Below, piece by piece: positions 1-10,394 of a stretch of DNA of 64,000 bases. A program made the position numbers and the translations under genes. Positions within the stretch are counted from its first letter, which is position 1. Every line of letters starts with the position of its first letter. The DNA is taken from the NCBI GenBank assembly GCA_019338205.1, contig GCA_019338205.1_4761.1, one strand, 5' to 3'. The notes beneath the pieces are model-generated. The model was given only the letters and a program-made list of their open reading frames with translations. It searched no databases and had not been told where the DNA came from. The stretch comes from a phage.

Positions 1-220
1 TGCAAGTTATACGATGATCATAATTAGAATAACTAAATTCAATACCCTGTTTCATCATCTCGTGCATTTCTTCGTATGTGTGCCATTGGTTATCATGTTT
101 ACAAAACCAATGAGTACCATAGAGTTTAGGATCTTGTGCACGTAGACCATAGTAATGCTTTTGCATTGGGAACTTAGCTTTATTCATTGTATAATGCAGT
201 TTAATATTTACGCGTGCCAT
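1..220 (-). CDS. hypothetical protein, N-terminal part only (ORF runs off window start)
   Basis: ATG at 218-220 on minus strand, open frame to position 1 (MARVNIKLHYTMNKAKF...); not in ORF track because no stop inside window. Confidence 0.3.
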   Translation of the reverse strand, partial: MARVNIKLHYTMNKAKFPMQKHYYGLRAQDPKLYGTHWFCKHDNQWHTYEEMHEMMKQGIEFSYSNYDHRITC

Positions 221-465
221 TTTCTAGTTCCCCACATACCGAAAGTTGGATTATACACAAAATAGATAGCTTCGTCGATAGTCTTGAATCGTTTAGTGTC
301 ATTCATGAAGTTGATACCCTCCCATAGTTCATCGGTGTAATCGGCTAGTGATGAATGAGTATGATCGATGATCTCTCCAATCTTTTCACCGTTCGCGATC
401 ACATCCCAACCGCAAGGGGATACCTGAATTGCTTCACAATTATCTGTAAATTTACGACGTGCCAT
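208..465 (-). CDS. hypothetical protein (85 aa) on a promoter cassette downstream of baseplate gene 8
   Basis: ORF track; SD GGAGGA about 6 nt before ATG; own TTGACA/TATAAT promoter just upstream. Confidence 0.5.
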   Translation of the reverse strand: MARRKFTDNCEAIQVSPCGWDVIANGEKIGEIIDHTHSSLADYTDELWEGINFMNDTKRFKTIDEAIYFVYNPTFGMWGTRKWHA

Positions 466-494
466 AATTTATCCTCCGTTGTTTAGATGTGTGT

Positions 495-522
495 ATTATA
501 CCTTACCAAATAAGATTGTCAA
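495..522 (-). promoter_or_regulatory. sigma70-like early-type promoter TTGACA-N16-TATAAT (minus strand)
   Basis: minus-strand TTGACA at 517-522 and TATAAT at 495-500, followed by SD and ATG of ORF 208-465. Confidence 0.5.
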
Positions 523-534
523 CACCAAAAATGG

Positions 535-559
535 AAAAAGCCAACTCTCTCGAATTGGC
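535..559 (-). terminator. putative intrinsic terminator after gene 8 (hairpin with flanking A/T runs)
   Basis: stem gccaa/ttggc (540-544 with 555-559) flanked by A5 and T4 runs. Confidence 0.4.
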
Positions 560-575
560 TTTTAAAATCATACAC

Positions 576-1571
576 TTAGAACTCAAACAATACAGAAACA
601 AGTTCTGTTTGATCTAATGACCGAACGATAGGTTGTCGGTTTTCCATGTAGATCATTTCGCCTGAGTGTGGCTCTAAGTCTTGCGGTCGGTACTTATCTT
701 TGACCGCTTTAACGTCTGGATCGCTAGGGCGTGCTTTCTTTTCCAATGGGTTAAGGATAATGCTTAACTGACGGAAACCAGTATTACCCACTAACGCGGT
801 AGTTGGGAATTGCGCAGAGTCCATATAAGCCTGAAAACGCAAAGTTACTACTTTCAGCCGATAAAGCAGATTATAGTCATTATACCAGGTGATCACATTG
901 TCATAGCCCCAACGCGCCGGATCTTGTCGCAGTTCATCGGGGAACGGTACAACAATATGTTCATTGGTGCAACGGTTGATCGCCGCATCAGGTGGAATTG
1001 TGTACAGATATTCCCAACGATACCCATCACCCATATCAATAGAATCGCCCTTTCCTACAGGTGGCGCAATTGATTCATGAGTAGGTGTCCACTTTCCGCC
1101 CAACTTCAAACACTCTACTTTAGCGTCAATGCTTGAAATCGAGCAGTAACCGCGATCAGGAACATCGGTTACGCGATACACCATCCAGCCGCTACCAACA
1201 TCAGTTCGGTTATATGGTGCTGAGTTTACGACAACAATGTCATTGATAAAGAACGTGCGCGGGTTATCCTGTCCGGTATCACCCCAGTCTTTACGAGGGA
1301 TAACCGCATCAAGAAGTGATTTGTTAATCTTAACCGCCCCCATCATATGGGTCCACATGTCAACAACACCAGCCGTTGAATCGGTCGGATAAGGTGGGGC
1401 AAAGCCCACCTCTTTTTCGTTTTCTGACCACGGCTCCGAACGTCCAAACGTTCCATAAATTGTAATTTGATTTGCTCCATCGCCTACAGAATTATAGAAA
1501 TTCAGAAGTTTTTCCGTTCTGAATTGACTAGTAATGATTGAGCGATAGATCACACTATTTTCATTAGCCAT
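576..1571 (-). CDS. 8: baseplate wedge protein gp8
   Basis: 331 aa versus T4 gp8 334 aa; position after gene 7 in conserved order 53-5-6-7-8; start overlaps gene 7 stop. Confidence 0.75.
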   Translation of the reverse strand: MANENSVIYRSIITSQFRTEKLLNFYNSVGDGANQITIYGTFGRSEPWSENEKEVGFAPPYPTDSTAGVVDMWTHMMGAVKINKSLLDAVIPRKDWGDTGQDNPRTFFINDIVVVNSAPYNRTDVGSGWMVYRVTDVPDRGYCSISSIDAKVECLKLGGKWTPTHESIAPPVGKGDSIDMGDGYRWEYLYTIPPDAAINRCTNEHIVVPFPDELRQDPARWGYDNVITWYNDYNLLYRLKVVTLRFQAYMDSAQFPTTALVGNTGFRQLSIILNPLEKKARPSDPDVKAVKDKYRPQDLEPHSGEMIYMENRQPIVRSLDQTELVSVLFEF

Positions 1572-4500
1572 TAATTTTCCTCTGTGTCGGATTCTTCGGA
1601 TCGCGTGGATTCCCTATATTATCCTTCAACCGTTTATCTACAAGTTCACGGAACATAGAGAATGTTACCGCCGACTGGTCAAACAGTGGACTCATTGCAA
1701 ATCTTCGTTCGCTTGCTTTAAGTCCGTGGAACAATTCGCTGTTCTCCTGATCATATTCAGGGGGAACCGGAAATTCTTCACCAATTAAAGGTGAAGTCAA
1801 ATATAATGCTTTTCCGGTAAGCGGGTCAATCTTAATATTTCCATCAACATCAAGATCAGCAACACGATCAGGATACACGCTAGGCAATCCGCTGTCAAAC
1901 TTATAATTTTTCAGAGATTGAATTATAGTCTCGGTGTGCTTCATGCTCAACCCGCTGTTAATGAACATCGTAAGCAGGGTAACACCGATAAACCCAAAGC
2001 CGACAGGATGAACGAATCGCATTACATCATTTGCATAGCGCGAAACTGGCAATGCGCTTTTAATCTTCATGGTGTATTGGCTTCGTGAGCGGTTGATATA
2101 GTCGATTGAACTACTCAACAACTCTTTACCACGCACACCAACAAGGATCATCCCTTCAAACGCTGTTTTCTCTGATTTGATCACTTGACCTTCTTCGAAC
2201 CGCCCGATCAGGTTATGAATGGTTACTCGCCAGCGTAGGCGACCACCTTCATATTCCCTTTCAAGATACGTCACGTTAGCCCGTCCGGTTGGAGTATAAA
2301 TCGTGCGACCTACGATATCCTCGTCAATGTTCGTTGAACTAACAACAATATCATACTCTAGTCCGGCTTGTGATTCAACCTCAATTTCCACATCTTCATT
2401 ATAAAGTAACTTAAACAAGAACTTATAAGAAGCCTCCACGCCCTTAGTGGAATAAAAATCTGATTTGCGGGATTCAAAGAATCTTACTACCGCATCTCGC
2501 TTGTTTTTATCTGCATAGATGTTTCGTTTGTTCATCTCTGACCAAAGATACTCATATGCATCTTGCTCGCGTGGATATTTGTTTTTAATCAGATTTTTTA
2601 GTTTATTATAATATGTTCCTGAACCATCACTTAAGAATTGCAGATAATATTCAGAGAATTTTCTGAAATTTTCGTTCTCAAGCAAAAAGCTATCCGGTGT
2701 CATCTTATTCAGTAAAGGCCGCAAATCTGGATCTTGCTCTCGATCGTAGTGAACCGGAACCCAGGGAACCTCTCGGACCTGATTTTGCAGTTCAGCAACA
2801 AATGCTACATTTGTAGGCTTCCAATATACACCAACCTGATCACGAACGCGATAGTTAAATTGATAGAATCCTATGATCTCTCCTGTGTTTTTATGGAACA
2901 TTACACCGGATGCATATTGTTTGAATCCTTCAAATTTAACATTGTTAAGATAACAGGTCACGGTCCCTTTATCATAAACTTCTCGGTTGACCCTATTTTG
3001 GTCAAGAATGCCAGATGTATCAACTTCTTGAGTGTAGATAACCTCTGGATAAACAACCAACGGGCGATTATCATTTGTGATCCACACACGGACACCGTTT
3101 CGACGCATCCATGTATAATCGGCCTCATTATAATACGCTTGCGGTCCTAACTCCCAAATACGCAAATCATCATAACTTGCTCTGAAAGTAGTTTGATGTA
3201 TTTTCTTATCAGTTAGATAAGTTGGCTCCTGAGAATATTTTACAGCTTCGCCCAATTCATATTTCGCGGCAGTTTCTGGATCAGGTAAAATGCTTTCGAA
3301 GTGATGATTATAATGGCTTATGAACACCTCATCACCATTGGTTGACATATTACTGAACCCATGCTGAATATATTCCCTTTCCTGCGGAGTGTTGCCAAAT
3401 ACTCTCTGAAAAGACAGACCATCACTCCCTATCAAGTATACACCCGCATCATCTGACGGAACAACGTTTTCTGGTTTAGTTGGATCTTGATAACGCTGTT
3501 TAACTTCACCAGTAACAAATACAAGCAATTTACCGTCGATCACATCCATTTTCTGAATGACAGCTTTATCATTTCCTGTTACTCGAATAACATCAGGATC
3601 GAATATTTTTTCGCCAAACGTAGGCGAACCCTGTACGGTATCAACTGGAGTATTCTTAAGACGAATCCGGCGAATAACATCCTTAGCACCAACCCACAAA
3701 TAGTCATCACTACATGCCATAGCTTCGGCGTATTTTGTGGTGTCCCCTGTTAATCTGGAAAATACACCAAAGACCTCAACGTCAAAGCCTAAATCGTTCT
3801 CGTCACCAACCTTTGCAAAAGTGATCGTATCATCACTAAATCGAACATCGTCCGCGCTCCATCGAGTATCGCTCGCTTGTCGTCCGTAAAAGATTCGATC
3901 ATATCCTAAAACGTAAGTAGTGGTTTTAGACTGATAAACGCATGTACGGGAAACCGGATTGCCTACACGGTCATTAAAAGCCTTGTATGCTTTCCATGAT
4001 TGGCCTTTATCGTTCGACACCTTCACAATCGGCTGGAACCGTTCGAAAAGGTACAAAACACCGTTCATTTCCGCTAACATAGTGCGGTTTATATCAGTAC
4101 AAACTTTTTCTATGTGGTCCTGTATTTCATGAAAGTTCTCATCAACTACAATGTAGTTTGAGATATTTGTCATGTTTGCATATTCAGGACTAAAGACAAA
4201 ATCTTCCTTCATCAATGATGCTTGAATCAGGTCAGTATTAAACTTGACATACTCTCGATTATCGTATGTAAATTTTTCCTTTATAAACTCGTTTGCAAGG
4301 TTGAACTCTCGCATCATAGAAAAATTATATGCGTTTGTTTTAAATGTCTGAAACTCTTCTGTCTCAACCCATTTACTTTGTTCAAATCCTTCTGCGGCTA
4401 CTGCTACACGAAACTTGTAATAATATTCTGGAAAAAGGTTTTTATCCTCAAACCAGTTTTGGTCGGCAGTATATCCCAGGTTTACCCAGCTTAACTCATC

Positions 4501-4650
4501 GACGGGGATGATCTCCCCGTCTCGTGTTCTGGTTTCGGCTAACTCCACAAAATAAAAGAAGTTTTCGCCTACGTCATCCCATGTGATATACGCCTGATTA
4601 GCAGACAATTTTTCTATTGTCAAGCTAGTTACACTAGGCGCTTTAATCAT
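1564..4650 (-). CDS. 7: baseplate wedge protein gp7
   Basis: 1028 aa versus T4 gp7 1032 aa; synteny between genes 6 and 8; overlapping stop/start. Confidence 0.8.
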   Translation of the reverse strand: MIKAPSVTSLTIEKLSANQAYITWDDVGENFFYFVELAETRTRDGEIIPVDELSWVNLGYTADQNWFEDKNLFPEYYYKFRVAVAAEGFEQSKWVETEEFQTFKTNAYNFSMMREFNLANEFIKEKFTYDNREYVKFNTDLIQASLMKEDFVFSPEYANMTNISNYIVVDENFHEIQDHIEKVCTDINRTMLAEMNGVLYLFERFQPIVKVSNDKGQSWKAYKAFNDRVGNPVSRTCVYQSKTTTYVLGYDRIFYGRQASDTRWSADDVRFSDDTITFAKVGDENDLGFDVEVFGVFSRLTGDTTKYAEAMACSDDYLWVGAKDVIRRIRLKNTPVDTVQGSPTFGEKIFDPDVIRVTGNDKAVIQKMDVIDGKLLVFVTGEVKQRYQDPTKPENVVPSDDAGVYLIGSDGLSFQRVFGNTPQEREYIQHGFSNMSTNGDEVFISHYNHHFESILPDPETAAKYELGEAVKYSQEPTYLTDKKIHQTTFRASYDDLRIWELGPQAYYNEADYTWMRRNGVRVWITNDNRPLVVYPEVIYTQEVDTSGILDQNRVNREVYDKGTVTCYLNNVKFEGFKQYASGVMFHKNTGEIIGFYQFNYRVRDQVGVYWKPTNVAFVAELQNQVREVPWVPVHYDREQDPDLRPLLNKMTPDSFLLENENFRKFSEYYLQFLSDGSGTYYNKLKNLIKNKYPREQDAYEYLWSEMNKRNIYADKNKRDAVVRFFESRKSDFYSTKGVEASYKFLFKLLYNEDVEIEVESQAGLEYDIVVSSTNIDEDIVGRTIYTPTGRANVTYLEREYEGGRLRWRVTIHNLIGRFEEGQVIKSEKTAFEGMILVGVRGKELLSSSIDYINRSRSQYTMKIKSALPVSRYANDVMRFVHPVGFGFIGVTLLTMFINSGLSMKHTETIIQSLKNYKFDSGLPSVYPDRVADLDVDGNIKIDPLTGKALYLTSPLIGEEFPVPPEYDQENSELFHGLKASERRFAMSPLFDQSAVTFSMFRELVDKRLKDNIGNPRDPKNPTQRKING

Positions 4651-6551
4651 TGAGCAATTGCCTCCAGACTAATAGTTGTGTACTGAGGACGGAGATCGTT
4701 TTCAAACACGATCAAAGAACCGTCTTTAGTAAAGATGTTATCAGCAATCGGTTTAGCTATCAACTCAATATATGAACCAGTAAAGCGATCGCTATTGATA
4801 TTCAGTTTACCCAGATCCCATGAAATAAGGTCTTCATAATGCTGAACCTCTCCAACCTCAAAGTATAGGTCCGCACCGTCGATAACCTCTTTATCAAAAT
4901 CAGTGCCGGAATAGTGCGGTAAAGCGATTGCAGAACCAACAGGGAAAGGTCCAACCAGCAATTTAGCTAAACCGGATTCTTTGTTCATTTCTGTACTTAC
5001 ATAATGGATCGGATATTGCTTGTCGTCCTTTTCGAAGTTGAACGAACTAGACTTGATTCCGCTCTTATACTGGTTTAAAAACTTGATTCCGGCCATAGGT
5101 GCTTTATAGAAGTTGTCGATCTCTCGAACCATCTCGATTTCTGCACTAGAACCTATCACAGATACATCAGCTTTGTCAATACGAGCAAGCATTTTAGACT
5201 TACTAAATGTCTGGTTAAAAATTTCCACTTCGTCGGTATAATATGCATCAATCTGATCAATAACCGCACCGCGCAACCACTGCTCTGATTCTGACAAGTC
5301 ATTGATTGAATAGGAAACTTTAATATTCTGTTTAATATACAGATAGTTAGGGTCAATGATGCTCGGCGTGATAGGGGCAAGATTATATTTTGCCAGATAA
5401 TCCCGCATATCTTCTTTTTGAACAGTTGTCAAACGCAAGCCAGATTTAGGCTTAACAGCAACAAAAGCATAACCCGGTTTTTCTCGGTCGGTGAAACATT
5501 GTACCGCCTGAACAATACTACCAAAACGGCTAGACACAAAAGCCTCATAGTCGGAAGCAGTTACACAACGACGCTGAGATTCACGCATTACCGGAGCAAG
5601 TTCACGGATACGTTCGATTGATTCAGGATCACCACCACCATCTGCACCGACATAATCACGATCATTTGTCGGATTCTCAATAATTTTAACAATAGAGATA
5701 GATGCAAGGGTATCCGCATATGTAAAATTAACTGAACCGTTTGCTTCCGCGCCCTTAGTGCTAATATATTCGATAACAATATTAGCACCAGTTGACGGCT
5801 TAAGTCCACCAATATAATTTGCTTCCAGCGCCCCGCCAGCAGCAGATAAAGTTGATTCACCTTCACCAAAGAAGATTTCTGTATGACCGTCTACGGTTTC
5901 ACGCATATAGAAAATATTACTAGCGCCAGTTGCATTAACAATACTTTCTCGCGTCCAGTCTTTCCATTCAGCACCGTCTACCCACAACTTAACCTGAGCG
6001 CGGTCAATATCTGGATCGCGGATCAGAATTTGTTTCTTCGGATCAAATAACATTTCTGTACGAACAATACGACCTTGCGCGACTTTAAGCATAGGAGTAT
6101 ATAAACCATTTGAACCTAAAACGCTCACAACGTCTTCTGTAGTAACAAACGGATAAGACGTCTGGTGGTCCACACTTGCAATAAATTTAGTTCCTCGTGG
6201 GATTCGAATACTTGCCGGATTTCGCGGATGTGTTACGTGCAACATAATTGTAGTCGATGCACTAGTTTTACTTGCTGGCAAATATCCTAAATCTTGCGCG
6301 GCTTGAACAACTGAACTACGCTTAATTGCCGTTCTGATAAAAGATTCATATAGAGCGGCGTTGGCGAATTGCTGAATATAAAGGGTATTATATGCGAGCA
6401 AGTCCATCAATACGTTAATACCAGCACCATTAAAATCAAAATCTTTAAATTCTTCCTGGTTTCTCATCCAGTCTGTTAATGTGCTTTTAATTTCATCAAA
6501 CGTAGCAGCATTAAAAATATCAGGAATTTGTGTAATCTTTTGCTTTGTCAT
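4647..6551 (-). CDS. 6: baseplate wedge protein gp6
   Basis: 634 aa versus T4 gp6 660 aa; synteny downstream of 5.4. Confidence 0.8.
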   Translation of the reverse strand: MTKQKITQIPDIFNAATFDEIKSTLTDWMRNQEEFKDFDFNGAGINVLMDLLAYNTLYIQQFANAALYESFIRTAIKRSSVVQAAQDLGYLPASKTSASTTIMLHVTHPRNPASIRIPRGTKFIASVDHQTSYPFVTTEDVVSVLGSNGLYTPMLKVAQGRIVRTEMLFDPKKQILIRDPDIDRAQVKLWVDGAEWKDWTRESIVNATGASNIFYMRETVDGHTEIFFGEGESTLSAAGGALEANYIGGLKPSTGANIVIEYISTKGAEANGSVNFTYADTLASISIVKIIENPTNDRDYVGADGGGDPESIERIRELAPVMRESQRRCVTASDYEAFVSSRFGSIVQAVQCFTDREKPGYAFVAVKPKSGLRLTTVQKEDMRDYLAKYNLAPITPSIIDPNYLYIKQNIKVSYSINDLSESEQWLRGAVIDQIDAYYTDEVEIFNQTFSKSKMLARIDKADVSVIGSSAEIEMVREIDNFYKAPMAGIKFLNQYKSGIKSSSFNFEKDDKQYPIHYVSTEMNKESGLAKLLVGPFPVGSAIALPHYSGTDFDKEVIDGADLYFEVGEVQHYEDLISWDLGKLNINSDRFTGSYIELIAKPIADNIFTKDGSLIVFENDLRPQYTTISLEAIAQ

Positions 6552-6862
6552 TTTATGAATACCTTCGGTGATGCCATAGCGACGGTATCGCCACAGCTAA
6601 TACGATCTGCCATTTGAATTGCTTTCTTTCCGGTAACAAATACTTTCGGGGTACTGGCGACCGTAGTTCCCCCGTGTGTATCATAAGGCTTTGTTGTTTT
6701 TGTATGTGGTGTAATTGGGTCTCCTTCGACTAATACAGGGATACCCTCAACAAATACCTTAGATTGAGTTGCATTAATTATTGTCGGACCGTAATTACCA
6801 TGTCCAGTAGTTTTTGCTTTGTCATATGATAAACCAGCCATCAAAACCCCATCTTCATACAT
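6548..6862 (-). CDS. 5.4: gp5.4-like PAAR-repeat tail spike tip protein
   Basis: 104 aa, small beta-rich protein with PAAR-like G/P/H-rich sequence directly upstream of gene 6, as for T4 gp5.4. Confidence 0.65.
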   Translation of the reverse strand: MYEDGVLMAGLSYDKAKTTGHGNYGPTIINATQSKVFVEGIPVLVEGDPITPHTKTTKPYDTHGGTTVASTPKVFVTGKKAIQMADRISCGDTVAMASPKVFIK

Positions 6863-7418
6863 CGTTTAATTTGTTAACTTTTGAATCTCTAGATAATGCA
6901 GCGGTGTTATAGGCAATCGCAGCGTCAATTTCATTATCAAATAGACCTAAACGGATTCGTTTTCCATTGGCTCTAATTCTAGCTTCCCACTTTTTGGAAT
7001 TTTTATTCCAATTAACACCAATATATGAAGATGTGCAATCGGATTGTTTATTTTGGTTGTACATTTGTTGAGTAACGGTTGCTGGTCTTAAATTGCTAAC
7101 TCGGTCGTCAAGGGAGTTTGTGTTAATATGATCTATTTGTAGTGGTTTTCTCGGAGTGTGTCCGTGATGCATATGATAAACAACATGAGACCTCTGAAAC
7201 TCTTTACCATCAACAGCAAGTCTCCAATATCTATATCCACATGGATTTATCTTCAATCCACCAACTAGACTTCCGGCTTTAGAACGTCCACGAGAGAACC
7301 TTCTATAAACCTTTCCGTCAACTTCATAAAATAGTTCATGTAGTCTATTATATAAAATTTCATCTTCTTTGGTGTAATGAATTACTTCAATCATATTATC
7401 CCTCACTTCTTCTAACAT
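6855..7418 (-). CDS. HNH homing endonuclease with C-terminal AP2 DNA-binding domain
   Basis: HNH motif (HMHHGH...IDHIN.N..DDR.SNLR) and AP2-like segment ([43 protein letters not shown]); true start probably internal ATG near 7394. Confidence 0.8.
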   Translation of the reverse strand: MLEEVRDNMIEVIHYTKEDEILYNRLHELFYEVDGKVYRRFSRGRSKAGSLVGGLKINPCGYRYWRLAVDGKEFQRSHVVYHMHHGHTPRKPLQIDHINTNSLDDRVSNLRPATVTQQMYNQNKQSDCTSSYIGVNWNKNSKKWEARIRANGKRIRLGLFDNEIDAAIAYNTAALSRDSKVNKLNDV

Positions 7419-7965
7419 AATCTCTTAACTGTTTACTCCACACATCCCAATTTCCAAAAACGGTTTGAGTATAAACTTTCTCTATTGTGTGTTCGGTTAC
7501 TACCGGAGGCGGATTAGTTTCACCAGCACCCTCTCGGCTACTGGAACCACCACTATTTCCTTCACCAGAACCACCAGAAGACTCTGAAACAGATTGGATA
7601 TAGGTTAGGGTTACTTTATAAGTATAAACCTCCTGTAGACGTGTAGGAGCGTTAAAATAATATAGATCTGCGGTAGTTGGATCTGGTAAATCATCAAAAC
7701 TTCCGGCAGATTTTTTAATTCTATCTTTCGTTATATATTTAAGAGAATCCGCGCCAAGCGAAAAACTATCCAGATACTCACCAGATATTTTAGTTTCTTC
7801 AACGGTAACGCCCTTATTAGGGCGATACTCGCTGATCTTAAACTCTTTAATCGTGTATGTGGTATTTGCATCTGGTGGCGTTGCTTTATAAGAGAACACC
7901 ACCTCAAAGATTTCTCGCTCGCTGATATCCTCCAATTTTGAACTCATCGGAAGAATTTCAACCAT
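7396..7965 (-). CDS. gp5.1-like hypothetical protein
   Basis: 189 aa ORF immediately downstream of gene 5 on same strand; position corresponds to T4 5.1. Confidence 0.45.
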   Translation of the reverse strand: MVEILPMSSKLEDISEREIFEVVFSYKATPPDANTTYTIKEFKISEYRPNKGVTVEETKISGEYLDSFSLGADSLKYITKDRIKKSAGSFDDLPDPTTADLYYFNAPTRLQEVYTYKVTLTYIQSVSESSGGSGEGNSGGSSSREGAGETNPPPVVTEHTIEKVYTQTVFGNWDVWSKQLRDYVRRSEG

Positions 7966-7973
7966 TAGTTACC

Positions 7974-9773
7974 TCACCCAAGATCAATACGGCTACCATC
8001 AATTTTAACTGTACCAGATGCAATATCTTTAACGCTTGCACCACAATTACGGGACCAGTCACCATTAACCTGATCTGATTTAGTGCCATTGACGGTCATA
8101 TTAAAATTACCCTCAACGGTTAAATCATAGTTACCTTTAATTGTTTCGGTAGTGTTACCCTCGATCATTAATTCAGCATTACCCTTGACGTTAGCCGTCA
8201 AATTGGCGTCAAGCTGCGCGGTAACATCACCTACAACATGCATATTTGCAGTACCTTCAACGGTCTGATTAACATTGCCACGAATAAATTCAGTGACGTT
8301 ACCATCAACGGTTTGCATCACATTACCCATATAATAAACTTGCGCGTCACCTTCAACAACAACTTGCAGATTGCCTTTAACGTTGACTTTGCGACCTTGC
8401 TTAACGATCAAATAATCATCACCTTCAATCTTTTCTACCCTCGTTCCGTCCGGTCTGGTTTCTTCAAATGTACCAGAAGGATGTTTACGATGATAACGCT
8501 CGTGAGAAGGAGTATCATCAATCTCGATAATATGACCGCTCTCTGACTCGTACACATGGTTATATGGATACCTTGCAGAATACGAACTCTTAGGCTCTTT
8601 AAACATGATTCGTGTGTCTTGTGGGGTAAACGGTGCTTCTGGGTCTTCTTCTGCTCTCTGCGTCTTATAGGCAGCAATACGGGCATTTCTCAAACGTGCT
8701 CTCGGATCATCTGAAACAGTTTCCTCTTTCTTAGGAGCAATTACGCCATATGATTCTAAGTTGCCAGTAAGAATAATTTTAGAAACACGGCTGGAGCGTC
8801 CTGGAGTTTGATTAGCCCATACTGATTGACGTAATCCATCATAGGCTTGTTTCCATTCTTCCGCTAACATCGCAGCAAGACTATTCTTAAATTTACCCAA
8901 TCCACCAACGCCCATTTGAAACGCCATATTTTCTAATGCCATACGACGTGAGGCATTACATTTATTATAGACAGGTGCAATTCGTGGATGTTTGCGCATA
9001 TCACGACGAGTCTTTTCTATATCGTCAGCAAATACTTTACTAACTTCTTCGGCGGTAAGTCTTCCGTTTGTAACTTCACGCCCTACCAGCTTAGAAAGTT
9101 CATTATTGATAATACCCAGATCACTGGTTTTCTTATAAATGATCAAATGCCCGATGCCTATTGTCGGATATCCTTCTGAATCAAGATACCATTTCTCGCG
9201 ATATCCCTCATCGCCCCGCAGCATTTTTTCTATTGTAAAATCAGGATTATCATCAACCGGAATTTGGTCTAATGGCTCGTCGTCTGGATTTACTGCAACT
9301 CCAGTGTTTTCATCTCGAATATAGACACTATCAGGTTTTGTTGTTTGTCCGGTTTCTGGGTTAATACCGCCACGAGCAAGAATATTAACATCATTACCAA
9401 TATAACGAGGATATGCACCAGAAGGGTCGCAAAAACCTTCTGTAGTGAGTGGTTTCTCTGTATATTGTCCGGCAATAGTACCCAGAATAACGCAGTTTAA
9501 ATAACGTTCATCTAAAGCCAAACCAAATACCATTGAACCTTCAACAATACCAGTAGGGCTTTGACCTATACCGGAGATCGCCGCGCTTGTAATATCTTGT
9601 ACTGGCGTAATCCATAATAGATCTTCGGTTGGAAGACCTTGAATGTCACCGTGTGCGGATAGCGAAGGATGTATACCATGAATCCTAACCTGAACACGCC
9701 CCAGCATTAATGGGTCTTCCCTGTTTTCTACAATTCCGGTAAACCATTTAACGGAGTTATTAAACATTAGCAT
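7974..9773 (-). CDS. 5: baseplate hub / tail-associated lysozyme gp5
   Basis: 599 aa; T4-lysozyme-like motif DSEGYPTIGIGHLI; C-terminal beta-helix repeats (VxGxxxxx); N-terminal OB-fold region; T4 gp5 is 575 aa. Confidence 0.9.
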   Translation of the reverse strand: MLMFNNSVKWFTGIVENREDPLMLGRVQVRIHGIHPSLSAHGDIQGLPTEDLLWITPVQDITSAAISGIGQSPTGIVEGSMVFGLALDERYLNCVILGTIAGQYTEKPLTTEGFCDPSGAYPRYIGNDVNILARGGINPETGQTTKPDSVYIRDENTGVAVNPDDEPLDQIPVDDNPDFTIEKMLRGDEGYREKWYLDSEGYPTIGIGHLIIYKKTSDLGIINNELSKLVGREVTNGRLTAEEVSKVFADDIEKTRRDMRKHPRIAPVYNKCNASRRMALENMAFQMGVGGLGKFKNSLAAMLAEEWKQAYDGLRQSVWANQTPGRSSRVSKIILTGNLESYGVIAPKKEETVSDDPRARLRNARIAAYKTQRAEEDPEAPFTPQDTRIMFKEPKSSYSARYPYNHVYESESGHIIEIDDTPSHERYHRKHPSGTFEETRPDGTRVEKIEGDDYLIVKQGRKVNVKGNLQVVVEGDAQVYYMGNVMQTVDGNVTEFIRGNVNQTVEGTANMHVVGDVTAQLDANLTANVKGNAELMIEGNTTETIKGNYDLTVEGNFNMTVNGTKSDQVNGDWSRNCGASVKDIASGTVKIDGSRIDLG

Positions 9774-9784
9774 AATTAATCACC

Positions 9785-10339
9785 TTACACATCAGCCTTT
9801 TCCATTTCTCGAATGAATGCGTTAATAAATTGTTTAATTTGTGTAGGGTCTATGATCTTGATCTTGCGTCGTTCCTCATTGCGGAGGATCGCATCTTCCA
9901 GTGTGTCTACCGCCGATAATGCACCTTGAAACTGCAAATGACGATGATGAATATCCCCTTTATCATACCAATTGCTTGATCCTTTCGGATATTCTGTAAG
10001 ATTCCAATACTTGTTTCCGTCAATATCAACATGGTATAATACTTGATTTCCTCCTACATTTGCATATCGTTGTTCGGCTGATTCATATGCTGTCTCTTGA
10101 TCGGTGATCCAGTCATGAAACGGATCGTATACGTCATTAAGCATCAGCAAGATCCAGTAAAGTTGTTGGTTTCCGTATACTTCATATGCAACTTGTTCCG
10201 GTCGTGGACTACCTTGAATGTAATATGTTTGTATGTTATAATCAGAAATTATTGCGTTGAAATATGCGCGGTAATTGCGCACAATGTCAGTAATCATCTT
10301 GCCGTTGTATTCAATGGCAGGGAAGAAAGAAAAGAGCAT
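9785..10339 (-). CDS. 53: baseplate wedge protein gp53
   Basis: 184 aa; N-terminus MLFSFFPAIEY resembles T4 gp53 (MLFTFFDPIEY); directly upstream of gene 5. Confidence 0.8.
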   Translation of the reverse strand: MLFSFFPAIEYNGKMITDIVRNYRAYFNAIISDYNIQTYYIQGSPRPEQVAYEVYGNQQLYWILLMLNDVYDPFHDWITDQETAYESAEQRYANVGGNQVLYHVDIDGNKYWNLTEYPKGSSNWYDKGDIHHRHLQFQGALSAVDTLEDAILRNEERRKIKIIDPTQIKQFINAFIREMEKADV

Positions 10340-10371
10340 TTTATCACCCTCAATTGATAAATAGTATTATG

Positions 10372-10379
10372 TATTTATA
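10372..10379 (-). promoter_or_regulatory. T4-type late promoter TATAAATA for the 53-5-6-7-8 operon
   Basis: exact TATAAATA on minus strand about 33 nt upstream of gp53 ATG. Confidence 0.6.
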
Positions 10380-10394
10380 ATAAAGGGTGCTAAA

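Noticed and set aside
810-8686. Numerous antisense or overlapping ORFs inside genes 8, 7, 6 and 5 (e.g. 810-1073, 2734-3150, 3487-3753, 4222-4494, 5156-5869, 8238-8686)
   Set aside because: They lie fully within long, well-supported structural genes on the opposite strand or in another frame, lack SD sequences and have odd composition; treated as shadow ORFs.
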